Assembly (NCBI GenBank): GCA_016784605.1
Contig: JADHUI010000001.1
Location: forward strand, 27,543 to 91,542
Source: Fidelibacterota bacterium
GTDB lineage: Bacteria; Fidelibacterota; Marinisomatia; Marinisomatales; UBA1611
DNA length: 64,000 nt
Direction: 5' to 3'
The translations under genes were made by a program, and so were the position numbers. Of the stretch, positions 28,901 through 39,200 are shown one piece after another; the stretch's first letter is position 1, and each line of letters begins with the position of its first letter. Below the pieces are notes generated by a model, which ran no database searches, was not told the origin of the DNA, and worked only from the letters and a program-made list of their open reading frames with translations.

Positions 28901-31900
28901 GCTGACATTGAGCCCAAACATGGGAACAACATCAGCGGGCGCTGAATCAGAAATAGGATTAAATGTTGACTTATCGGATTCTTCCGTTGGTACGTATTCA
29001 GCTTTAATTACACTTAATTCTAATGACTATCTATTACCATCACAATCAATCTCTATGACTATTCATTATGGTACGGGCGGCCCGACAAACATTTCACATT
29101 CACCAGATACCGTTTTTGTAGATGTTTCTGAAGGTCCAGATACACCCGCGTCATTTTTTATGCTCAACATTGGGAATGAAGCTGTTGATTGGACCGCAGG
29201 GTTTACTGGTATTAATTGGGTTAATAGCGTAACACCTAATAGCGGCTCCACATCTCCTGGAGATTCCGTCGAAATATTTTTTAATGTTCGCCCCGCTAAT
29301 TTGCAACCCGGTGAAAATTCTGGTCTTGTCTGGGTAAGTTTAAACCCCGAATTAACGCAAGTCATGGAAGTACCAGTCATGGCAACATTACTCGTACCTT
29401 CAATATCTGTCTATCCAGAATCAATTGAAGAAGACTTTGAGCCAGTAGCGTCAGACCCAACGCTTTCTTTTCAAATAATGAATACAGGTGACGCAAATTT
29501 AATATGGACAGTTGATGATTTTATTGGGAACAATTGGACGTACTCTTTCAACCCATCTTCAGGCGCAACGCCCCCAGGAGACTCTACAACGATTTCATTT
29601 AACGTGAGAATTAACAGTCTTGATGAAGGGTTAAATACGGGCATTATTCCTATTTCATCAAACGACCAAAGCGCATCAACTCTTCAAATCCCTGTTACTA
29701 TAAATTATACATCTAACTCAGCTCCAAACCCAGAGCTAACGATTGATTCACCTTTAAATAATGCTACTTTTTTCTCATCAGATGTGAATATACATTTTTC
29801 TGCACAAAACTTTAATATTGGCGCAGAATCTGACTCAACAGATGGGCACCTTCATTACCAGTTAAATAACAATGATCCTGAAATGCATTATAGTGAAAAC
29901 GCGGTTCAATTATCTGGGCTTTCGCTTGGTGAACAAACAGTCATTTTATGGTTGGTAGATCATAACCATAATTCATTAGAGCCTCATGTAGCAGACACTG
30001 TTTTATTTACAATTGAAGAAGCGGACGAACTTTATAATCCTTATGATGACGTATCTTATGATTTAATATTATTGGAGTCAATTTCTGGAGACAATATTAA
30101 TGGTTCAAATAATTTCTTAAATAGAATGCCTGAAGATGCTATTATGGTTTACGAGACGAATGAGGGTAGGTTTGGGAAATTACAAATTGGTCATTATGGA
30201 GAAACGTTAACATTGGCTTGGAGCACATACGATGATTCTGGTCAAATCTATTCATCGGGAGAATCTCTCGTTGTGAGTGATGGGGTAGCTGTCGATTTAG
30301 ATGAAGGAGGCATAACAACAGACGAAAGCGCACAAGATTTCTCATGGGATGTAGTTAATGCAATTGATCGGTGGTTCAATGTTGAAAATTCAGCGCAATT
30401 TGGGTTATATGGGTATTGGGGTATTACTCGACAAATGGTGCAAAACCAATCTGGAAATTTATCAAATGCTAATATAGCCGCTGTAGATGAAGGTGAAAAT
30501 AATTTAGAAGATGGTCAGGTTTTGCTTTATCGAACAAATCAAAACAGGTACGGAAAACTTCAGGTTGAAGAATATGGACCCGCATTGCGGATTCGGTGGT
30601 GGACATATAACAATCAAGGCAATATACACTCTATGGGAGACAGTCTTGTTATTGCAAGTAATGCATCTTGCGATTTAGAGATGGGACAACAAACCCCAAA
30701 CAACTCCCCTCATCGTGATTTTTACTGGGAGCAAGTATCCCCAGGTGAAATGTATTTAGTGCCTCGTAATGCGTCGCAATTTGGCGTTTATTCACCAAAT
30801 CATGCTCCAACAGCAAACGATCAGTATTTTGAAACCAATGAGGGAACTTCTGTAGAAATTGTTTTGAATGCAGTCGATGTAGATGGGGATGATTTAATGT
30901 ATGATATTAACGAATGGCCACAGTACGGCTCCCTGTCAGGCACACCTCCTTCTTTTGTGTATGCCCCCAACCCAGAATTCATCGGTGGAGACCAGTTTGT
31001 TTATACAGTTACAGATGGAGAGCTATCTAGTTCGGCAACGGTTTATATTTCAGTTATAGATGGCGGTGGTAATAATAGCGCTCCAGAATTCAATAATTTT
31101 TCGGATTTAGATATTGTTGAAGATTCAGAAGAAAACAGTGTTTATGAAATTTCTGCTAACGATCTTGATGGCGATATGTTAACATTTTCATTGAGCTCTA
31201 ACAACGAATCTGTTTCGTGGGCTGATGAAGGGCAAACAAATACATCTCAGCTTTTTAGATTAGTCGTTTCACCTAATTGGTATGGTAGCGCTGTTTTTAC
31301 GGCCATTGTTTCTGATGGGGAATTAAATGATACATTAAATTTTAATGTAAACGTAACCCCTGTAAACGATTCGCCTACGGCCTCTGATTTAACAATTGAA
31401 ACACAGGAAGATATACCTGTCGCATTTGATTTTATTGGAAACGACATTGATGGTGATGAACTAACATTCATCATTGTCAGCAACCCACAGCATGGCACAC
31501 TTAATGATGGTGTTTATTCGCCCGCAGAAAATTATTTTGGAGAAGACACTTTTCAATATGCTTCACATGATGGAACCGCCAACTCTGAACCGGCAACTGT
31601 GATAATTACTGTCACCCCAATAAATGATTCACCAATAGTTAATGATTTAGAAATTACTTGTTTAGAAGATAATTCTGTTGAAATCAGCTTAGATGGAACC
31701 GATGTTGATGGAGACGATTTAACTTTTAGTGTTTTAACGCCACCAGGACATGGCACATTTAATAATGGTGTTTATTCGCCCGCAGAAAATTATTTTGGAG
31801 AAGATACTTTTACATTTACAGCTTCCGATGGAATTGAACTTTCCAATGAAGGTGTTGTGACAATTGAGGTTGAATCAATCAATGATGCGCCAGAGCCATT

Positions 31901-32537
31901 TGAGTTGCTGTCTCCCGTAAACACTCATACTATCTCAATTTCCAACGCCACCTTTAATGATACTCTTCGATTTAAATGGACAACATCTCACGATATTGAT
32001 AATGATGAAATAACATATGATTTTGTCGGTGAAGGTTCATTGGCGTTATTAGAAAACAGTCTCATAGCAGATAGCGATACAAGTGTGTGGATTTTATATT
32101 CAACGCTTGCCAATTATGTTGATTCATTGAGTGTTATTCAAGGCGATTGGTCTGCCATAGCGATAGATTTACAAGATTCAACCTTAGCTACGAATGGTCC
32201 TTTTTCTTTAACAATTGATTTAAATGAACTTTCTATTGATGATATAAATGAAATTCCGAGTTTATTTGCATTACACCAAAATTATCCAAACCCATTTAAC
32301 CCAACGACAACGCTTCGATATGATTTACCAGAAGACACCCATGTTCAAATTGTTATTTACGATATTATGGGGCAACAAGTTAAAACGCTGATCAATGAAG
32401 AGCAAAATGCTGGCTTTAAAGCAGTTGTTTGGGATGCGACAAATCATATTGGGCAGCCAGCGAGTGCGGGGATGTACCTATATCATATAAGTGCGGGAGG
32501 ATTCAACAAAACGATAAAAATGGTTTTATTGAAATAG
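25926..32537 (+). CDS. Giant secreted T9SS cargo protein (2203 aa). Domains: N-terminal Asp-box-containing domain, right-handed parallel beta-helix (PbH1) repeats, Ig-like domains, two copies of an unknown ~100-aa domain, cadherin-like/VCBS-type repeats, and a T9SS CTD
   Basis: Signal peptide MKQLFRPSIIFLILTTLTQLAAQ. One Asp-box (STDAGQSY). NxIxGNxI-type beta-helix repeats at about 27500-28400. Repeats of INDSP...DVDGDDLTF...HGT...GVYSPAENYFGEDTF (258-bp period around 31350-31870). CTD FALHQNYPNPFNPTTTLRYDL...GMYLYHISAGGFNKTIKMVLLK. Confidence 0.85.
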   Translation: MKQLFRPSIIFLILTTLTQLAAQVVYPGEVDITGTEEVVFDYTTDACSEDDIPDTPARFFRDANGQIQMLAVHYVNYRSIGSDFDNLTRDCSAPVFDSDHNSNPSTFNNNEWLSNSYTLDGNTIYSIVHNEYTPDTGNDYWYNTLTFATSTDAGQSYTQAASPDHYLAGTPYELDTSNILGIFGGSSPVYNANDGYYYAMVHLEAYGLQDWGAGLIRTQDLSNPDNWRGWDGEGFNVEFKNPYHDVISDPADHILAPVSKNKIAKMCGSLTYNTYFEKYMVVEYGEFFDPPSGQAKYGFFYSLSEDLINWSHPVMMYESPIQTWWDVGGVFYPNIVDHTDTTRNFERPGRECYLYFTKWNSGTYDRDLVRVPIRFNKKDISTITVNSVGDDGANHAYIGDASTGTTIANGEDEITLRSAIETIKASPDTGATFTINFNLPGDGPHTISPGSSYPTLTGSMIIDGFSQAGAVANANSLANGNNATVQIEIDGSSAGTDVNAFVLDGASFAIKGLSIYGFDAGIFIENGSSSSIEGCFLGFNALGNRIADEMGVTIFNTDSITIGGTSAASQNVISGNVIITETGAENNVVSGNYIGASPDGATSISSGMVIVDNGASFNTINSNLISGSSYSIHIINSSLNTIQQNITGTNSTGLTAIAQGTIVLTDNASLNTIDDNLISGTGNGIEINQDSYQNTITNNLIGTDASGTSGLNAGLYGILVQTGAHDNQIGTVNNGNIIGGLTEVGIGLNGVDNNVLQANYVGTNPTGDNISIATEGIWVGGDSEGNVIGGTSAGEGNIITNNGGSGISLSGLTGQGNAFLGNAIYNNGLSGIGDMTEIDVPRPDIVIAMSQNTTLDIIGNISGESNSTYRIELFNNSECDASGSGEGETFLGFIDVTTDASGIGSINETINASVVSGDIVTATATGENNSTSAFSDCVDVFNNVDAPTMTLSGSTFSFDFPSFIQPIASADIVVTNSGAYELEWEGSSNADWLTLSPNMGTTSAGAESEIGLNVDLSDSSVGTYSALITLNSNDYLLPSQSISMTIHYGTGGPTNISHSPDTVFVDVSEGPDTPASFFMLNIGNEAVDWTAGFTGINWVNSVTPNSGSTSPGDSVEIFFNVRPANLQPGENSGLVWVSLNPELTQVMEVPVMATLLVPSISVYPESIEEDFEPVASDPTLSFQIMNTGDANLIWTVDDFIGNNWTYSFNPSSGATPPGDSTTISFNVRINSLDEGLNTGIIPISSNDQSASTLQIPVTINYTSNSAPNPELTIDSPLNNATFFSSDVNIHFSAQNFNIGAESDSTDGHLHYQLNNNDPEMHYSENAVQLSGLSLGEQTVILWLVDHNHNSLEPHVADTVLFTIEEADELYNPYDDVSYDLILLESISGDNINGSNNFLNRMPEDAIMVYETNEGRFGKLQIGHYGETLTLAWSTYDDSGQIYSSGESLVVSDGVAVDLDEGGITTDESAQDFSWDVVNAIDRWFNVENSAQFGLYGYWGITRQMVQNQSGNLSNANIAAVDEGENNLEDGQVLLYRTNQNRYGKLQVEEYGPALRIRWWTYNNQGNIHSMGDSLVIASNASCDLEMGQQTPNNSPHRDFYWEQVSPGEMYLVPRNASQFGVYSPNHAPTANDQYFETNEGTSVEIVLNAVDVDGDDLMYDINEWPQYGSLSGTPPSFVYAPNPEFIGGDQFVYTVTDGELSSSATVYISVIDGGGNNSAPEFNNFSDLDIVEDSEENSVYEISANDLDGDMLTFSLSSNNESVSWADEGQTNTSQLFRLVVSPNWYGSAVFTAIVSDGELNDTLNFNVNVTPVNDSPTASDLTIETQEDIPVAFDFIGNDIDGDELTFIIVSNPQHGTLNDGVYSPAENYFGEDTFQYASHDGTANSEPATVIITVTPINDSPIVNDLEITCLEDNSVEISLDGTDVDGDDLTFSVLTPPGHGTFNNGVYSPAENYFGEDTFTFTASDGIELSNEGVVTIEVESINDAPEPFELLSPVNTHTISISNATFNDTLRFKWTTSHDIDNDEITYDFVGEGSLALLENSLIADSDTSVWILYSTLANYVDSLSVIQGDWSAIAIDLQDSTLATNGPFSLTIDLNELSIDDINEIPSLFALHQNYPNPFNPTTTLRYDLPEDTHVQIVIYDIMGQQVKTLINEEQNAGFKAVVWDATNHIGQPASAGMYLYHISAGGFNKTIKMVLLK

Positions 32538-32614
32538 ACTATTTAATACATTATTAATAGAGAAAAGGCATTCTTGACGTTTGCCTTTTCTCTAAATGAA
32601 AGCGCTATAAAAAG
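32271..32614 (+). repeat. 345-bp direct repeat, copy 1: CTD-coding 3' end of giant gene 1 plus downstream hairpin (partner at 39588-39932)
   Basis: Manual alignment to 39588-39932 gives 8 substitutions and one 1-nt indel over ~345 bp (about 97-98% identity). The two copies are offset by 7317 bp. Confidence 0.95.
32559..32593 (+). terminator. Conserved hairpin downstream of giant gene 1 (putative terminator)
   Basis: Perfect 12-bp stem agagaaaaggca / tgccttttctct with an 11-nt loop, 22 bp after the stop. An identical copy lies at 39876-39910. There is no clean trailing U-run (the T-rich tract is inside the 3' arm). Confidence 0.55.
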
Positions 32615-32622
32615 CCACTACT

Positions 32623-32667
32623 CAGCCCTTCTTTGGGAATATTAATGCATCTAGAAATTCGGCATAG
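32623..32667 (+). repeat. ppc 3'-end repeat, copy B (orphan fragment between the two giant genes)
   Basis: cagcccttctttgggaatattaatgcatctagaaattcggcatag would read QPFFGNINASRNSA* in frame. From ttt (32632) onward, the 36 bp match ppc with a single substitution (gct to gca) and keep a TAG stop. No ORF leads into it. Confidence 0.9.
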
Positions 32668-32755
32668 AGTCTAATTTCGATTTATCTTTAATAAGATATG
32701 ATAGGCTGTAGCACTGTCCAAAATAAATTAGATTTTTCATATTTTAGATAAATCC

Positions 32756-32800
32756 ACCTGACCGCCCTGGCGATAACCTGTGCTGTTAGTCAGGTTTTTT
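32756..32800 (+). terminator. Orphan intrinsic-terminator-like hairpin inside the ORF-free spacer
   Basis: acctgac ... gtcaggt outer stem enclosing a small cgc/gcg inner stem, followed directly by TTTTTT (32795-32800). It lies ~90 bp after ppc remnant B, and no annotated gene ends here. Confidence 0.45.
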
Positions 32801-33166
32801 ATCATATTTCAAAAACAAACCCCCAATGAGCGCGATAGAGGCTCTATAAGTGGAAGTTTGAGTCAATATTACCAAGAGATGATTTTATGGACCCACCCCT
32901 AAACAAACTCGGGATTTACATTTCGCCCAAACTTTGATTTCCCCCTTTTCTTTAAACCCCAACTACACCTTCCCCGCAACGAGGAAGACTTTAATGTAAT
33001 AGGAAGAAAACAGCCAAAAACATCCGAATATTTTCCCCTGTAATAGGGGAAATACAAAGGGGTCATTATAATATTTATTACACTTTTACAAAACGTTTTG
33101 GACAGACGTGAACAGGTCCATTAAAACTTTTATAGAATTTGTGTTTTTATTATTAATTAAGTAAAA

Positions 33167-33206
33167 TAGACAGTTAGACAGTTAGACAGTTAGACAGTTA
33201 GACAGT
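33167..33206 (+). repeat. Perfect tandem repeat (TAGACAGT)x5 upstream of giant gene 2
   Basis: Five uninterrupted 8-bp units at 33167-33206, followed by TTTTTT. The repeat ends 64 bp before ATG 33270. Confidence 0.95.
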
Positions 33207-33269
33207 TTTTTACTTGTTAGGGCGAGGAAAAACTGCTCAATTTACAAACAAACGAGAAGAGAGAATCCC

Positions 33270-36200
33270 ATGAAATACGTACAGTATTGTCTTATATCCA
33301 TATTTTTTATCCAAGTTGCTTTTTCAGCAAGTGTTAAAGATAACCCCAGAAAAAAACAACAGAGCAGAAAAACCGAAATTCCTGTAGAAAGGGTAAGAAA
33401 AAATCACTCTGAGGATATAGATGCGCCAAAAGTTAAACCTACCCGAGAAGATGATCGTGTATCAAAAGTACAACAAATTAAAGATGGCGTTATTTCGATC
33501 CAGGATGTATTTACAATAGAGACGCCCCAGACGCGTTCTGTAACAAACTTTACCGAATATACTGTTTGCTCTGTTGGGTGCGACTATGATGATGTTATGA
33601 CCGCAATTAATAGTGTTCCAAGTTTCTCCACCATTTTCATTTCTGAGCCGGGCACATATTATGTGTCTGATATACAATTAGAAGAAAAATCTATTTGGAT
33701 TCGCGGATTAAGCCCAGAAGAAACAATTTTAACAGGAGAAAACCCAGACGGACTAGACTCGAATCTTGTTTATTTTGAAAAATTAGATTATGCTGATTGG
33801 ACTCTTGAAGAAAACCAAGACAGAATTGCAGACAGTGTTTGGATTACCCGCGGCGACAATCAACCCATCTTTAATGCTGCTGTGGAAGCGTATAATGATA
33901 CAGACACCGATCTTACGCCTACAAATACATTATGGGCGCAGGGCAGGACGGCGGATGTGGACTCATCTGATTATGAAACTTTCGCACCCATGACAGGCTG
34001 GTGCCCGCCGTGTATTTTAGGCCAAACATTATCTCTAAAGCTCCCCGGTGCGGGTGAAGATAGTTCGGATGTTTTTTATGACCTGGTTATTACACAATGG
34101 ACACAAAATGGTGCAGGCGGAGGATTCGCTTATTATAGAGGAGAGCCAGGAGTATCTCTACCACTCTCTGCTACAATGATTTCCCTTTCCGATTCGAGTG
34201 AAAATGATACAATTTCATATTTACAACTTTCAGATTTATCTATTGTTGATGGGTCGGGTTCGAATGGAAGCCCGGGTGGTATTTTAATTGATGAAAATAC
34301 GTATGATTCAACCACGGTTGTATTTGAAAATGTACACGGCACAAATCATAGCGGCGGGTTTTTAAGATCTTATTCTAACAACACTGCCATTTATATTAAT
34401 AATTCCGAATTTTTTAATAATAACTCATCTAATGATGGGGGTGTTATTTATTTAGATTTTGGAGATTTAAATATTAATAATTCCGAATTTTTTAATAATA
34501 ACTCATCTAATGATGGGGGTGTTAGTTATTTAGATTTTGGAGATTTAAATATTAATAATTCCGAATTTTCCAATAACACAACTAATGGCGATGGAGGTGT
34601 GTTTTACATAGATGATGGAAATTATAATATTAATAATTCCGAATTTTCCAACAATTCATCTAATGATGATGGAGGTGTTATATATCATTATGACGCCGAA
34701 GGCATGATTCTGAATAGTGCTTTTACACACAACTCATCGGGAGATGACGGGGGTGTTATAAATAATGAGAGTGGTGACTTATACATCGGGAACTCTCATT
34801 TCTCTGAAAATGAAAGTTCATATGGGGGTGCTATATATATGGATTACGGCGACGATTTTGTCACTTTTAACACTTCATTTGAAAATAATATCGCAACATC
34901 GTCTGGAGGCGCCATTTACATTGAAGAAAGCGCAGATGGGTACTTTTATCAAACACATTTTCACGAAAATATGTCGGGAAATGAAGGTGGCGCTTTTTAT
35001 ATTGAAAATTATGAAGATGATTTTGATATTTCGGTAGAATTTCATTCTTCATCTTTTGTAGAAAACATAGCCGAAGGAGACGGTGGTGCCATTTTTTCTT
35101 ATGATGATTATGATGGGCGTATTAAAATTTATTCATCTGTGTTTGATGGCAATTCATCGGAAAGCGATGGAGGCGCAATCTATATTGACGATGATGGCGA
35201 ACTTTGGATAGAAAATTCTTCATTTGTTAGGAATTCAGCCGGGGATGATGGTGGCGCTATTTATAATGATGATGCAGATTCTCCTGGCGTTATAATGATT
35301 AACACAACAATCGCTAATAATAGCGCATCAGACGAAGGTGGTGCCATTATAAATGATGATTATTTGTTTTTATATAACTGTACAGTAGCATTTAATGATG
35401 CAGGATATGATTATGGAGGTATTGACGATGTAGACGATATGAGTTCCACAGTTATTGCTCAAAACACTGTTACGGGAGACGATTATTCCTATCCGGATGT
35501 AGACTATGCTTACATTAGCGAACGCAATATTATTGGAAATATTGGAGAAGGGTCAATTTATATATACAATGATGTGTATGGCGACTCCTGGATTGGAAAC
35601 CCCGATTCGTTGGGGACTATCGATTCAGTTGCAATAGCGCACGGCGTGGTTGTTTATGATACACCAATTAATGCTCAACTTGCGTTTGTTAATGATGAAC
35701 CATTACCCTACATGATTCCTTATCCCGGTAGCTTAGCCATTGATAATGGAATAGACTGGTATAATTGGGATGATGAATATGTAACGGTTAATTATGATAT
35801 GCTAGGAAGACCGCGAAGCTGGCCTTATAATTCAGATATTGGAGCAATTGAACGCACCCCAGGAGATCCCCACGAAGACCAAATCGCACCTGGAACAATT
35901 GATGATTTAGCAGGGGCGCCATCTATTGAAGGTGGTATCCAACTATCATGGACTGCTGTTGGTTCTGATGGAAATATAGGAACAGTGGCGGAATATATGG
36001 TTTATTACAGTGCGAATACATTTGAAGATCCTAGCGAATCTACTGTAATGGGAATCAACCCCGGAATCAACCCAAGTCAGTCAGGCACAAATGAATCTTT
36101 TCTACTAGGTGGGCTTGATTATGGATCGGCTTATTACATCCGCATCATTACATTTGATGAAATTGGTCAACCTTCGGACTTGTCCAATGAAATTGCTGTT

Positions 36201-39200
36201 GAAACATTAAACGCGCCGAGCGTGGCTGTTTCTACAACAAGTGCATCGATTACTCTTCCTGCAGAATCAGAAGGTACGCGTCAATTAACCCTAGGGAACG
36301 ACGGTCAAAGTCTTTTAGAGTGGAGCGCCACAATTCTTACGGAAGATACTTCATCTGTAAGAAGCTCAAGCCCCGTATTTGGCACGGGAACGCTTAGTGA
36401 CCTTGAAAAAAGCGCATCAGATTATGTGAACCACCCTAGGCCTGAAAACTTATTTTCAGATGAGTCTTTTCCTCTCGACCCACACATGCAAAGTGTGTTA
36501 TCTAGTCGAATAAATGCCAACCCTTTAGAAAACATTCTTTCAATGTTTGAAGAAAAACATCAAACCATTATTGATCTAGTGCCAAATCCGTGGGTTATTG
36601 AAGATGGCGTAACCGGAGATAATATTAACGACGGTGGGGACGATATGTACGATGGGGGAAATTATTTAAGTACAGATAACGAACAAAATCCACTTGCATA
36701 TTCAGATAGTGTTATTATTGCCAGTAGTCATTTAGGAGAAACAGGTCAGTATTTTACACGAAAATATGATGAATTGTTTGTTTTCGCTGCCGATCTAGAT
36801 TCTGTAAGCGATTTTTATATTACGGGGAATCTCGGCGCAGATGGAAGTGGAAGTGTTGACGGTATTATTGTTGAAGAGAGCGGGTATACCGGGTTTGTTA
36901 AGCGTGTATATAATGCTGGCGATCCTTCTATTAATCATATGGTCATTATTCAAAATACAGAAGGAGCCAGTCATGATTTTTCTACAGATACAAATAATGA
37001 CTATCACCATATTGGCGGTTTAATCAATGTTACACAACTATATTATATATTGTATGCCAGTAGCGGCGGGGCGCTGGTTGACGATGAAACAACATTAAGT
37101 ATTATGAGCGCTATGCTTGATATAATTGACCCAACATGGTTGCATGTTTCAGAAAATCAAGGCGAAATCCTTCCCGGCGAAACACAATTAATCGAGATAT
37201 TGTTTAATACAACAGAGTTAGCGGATACAAGCTTAGCAGGATTAATTACCCTAACGACTAATGACCCCAATGTAGCAGAAATACCTATCGATGTAAGTAT
37301 GGTTGTTTCTAGTGAAAACCTATCTCCGGTATTGCATACAGCTCAATTATCAGACGCGATAGAAGATGAACCTTATTTATTCCAGCTTGTAGGGGAAGAC
37401 CCTAATGGTGACACTATTCACTATACATTGGTTGATGGACCCAGCTGGATGTCAATATCAGAAAGTGGCGAAGTTACAGGTATGCCGACAAATGAAAACG
37501 TGAGTGATTCGGACACACTTTCAGTTAATTTAAACGACGGAACAGTGGATATATCTTTTGGTATGACCGTGACTGTGATTAATAGCAATGATAGTCCTTT
37601 TGTTCTAAATGGGTTTGAACCCGTTGTTGTTAATGAAGATTCAGAGCCAATAACGATTGATCTTTCTCAAATATTTAGTGATGATGATATGAATATTGAG
37701 TTAGACTCGTTAATCTACCTAGCGGAAGGTTTTATGACTTTTCGAAAGGAAAATAACGCAGATTGGACCCTTGAAGAAAACCAGGATCGCGTAAATGATG
37801 CAGTGTGGATAACAAGAAAAAACAATCAATCTATATTCAATATTATGCGAGAAGATGGTTATTCTCAAGCAGATGGTAGCCCTCAAGGCACGGAATGGTC
37901 CCTTGGTTATGCGAGTCAATCAAACGAACTTATGTTTGAGCCATTTATATCGGCAGTAAGTAATTCTCCGCAAAGCTCAATCGGAAAACCGCTAGTCATG
38001 CATACTGTGGATGATAACCATTATTATAATATGATGATTCATCAATGGACGGGCGGAAATAATGGCGGAGGACTTGCTTGGACGCGCTCTAGTGTAGAAA
38101 ATAATGATACGCCTATTGCAACTCCTGAAATAAATGGATCAAACCTAACCATTTATTTCCATCCAAACGCTTTCGGAGAAACTGAATTGGTTATTCTTGC
38201 CATAGATGAATCGGGAGAAACTGTTGCTGATTCTTTAAGCATAATGATAAACCCAGTAAACGATTTACCTGGAGATGTGGCATTGCTACACCCAGCGGAT
38301 AATTCCACCATTTCGATTCTTAACCCAACATTATCTTGGGAAGAACCAATCGATTTCGAAAATGGCGAAACATCTGGAAGTAGCAATGATCATTTGGTTA
38401 AAAATACTCAAACTCAATCTAATTCACGTTCCATTGCAAGTTATAATGTGTATGTAGGTACTGACACTGCATTAACTGCAGAAGATTTTTTAGAGAATGT
38501 GGCAATAAATTCATATACCATCTCCAGCGATTTGGTAGATGATGCTACATATTTTTGGATGGTAGAAGCGGTGGATGATGATGGGGGTATTTCAACTTCA
38601 GACACATGGTCGTTTACAATAAACACAGGGAACAATCCACCATCATCTTTTGAGCTTGTTTCACCTTCTCCAGAATTAGTTTTGTATTCAACGGATGTCA
38701 CTTTTGAATGGATGCCGAGTTATGATCCAGACCCAAATGACAATGTTCATTTTGCGCTTAACGTGAATTCTGATACGTTACACCTTCATTATGAAACAGA
38801 TTCAATATCGTACTTAGCGTCTCAATTCCAGGATAATAAAGTATATCATTGGTCTGTAGATGCTTATGATAATTATGGCGCGATGGTACAAAATATCGGC
38901 GGACCACGTATGTTTGTGGTAAATACCGCAAACGATAATCCATCATCCCCAGAATTAGTTGCTCCTTTAAGCGGAAGTATACAGACAAACCTTATGCCAA
39001 GCTTTTTCTGGACTCGATCACACGATATTGATCCTATGGATCATGTATCATACGAGTTAAGTTGGCAACAAATTGGAGACGCGTTAAATCCGCATATTAT
39101 AAATACGGATAGTAACGGAGTTTCCCTCGAAGAAAACCTTGAAGATAATTCATCTTTTATTTGGTCAGTAAGAGCAATGGATTTGAATAACGGCGAATCA

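Noticed and set aside
27323-31756. Minus-strand ORFs of 67-120 aa inside giant gene 1, and the analogous ORFs at 33462-39342 inside giant gene 2
   Set aside because: These are shadow ORFs opposite repeat-rich coding sequence. They have no start context, no motifs, and the sense frame is unbroken for 6.6 kb.
34395-34706. Regularly spaced 78-bp repeats that could superficially resemble a repeat array or CRISPR
   Set aside because: The units are contiguous with no spacers, are in frame, and encode Pmp-type beta-helix rungs within a long ORF. There are no cas genes.
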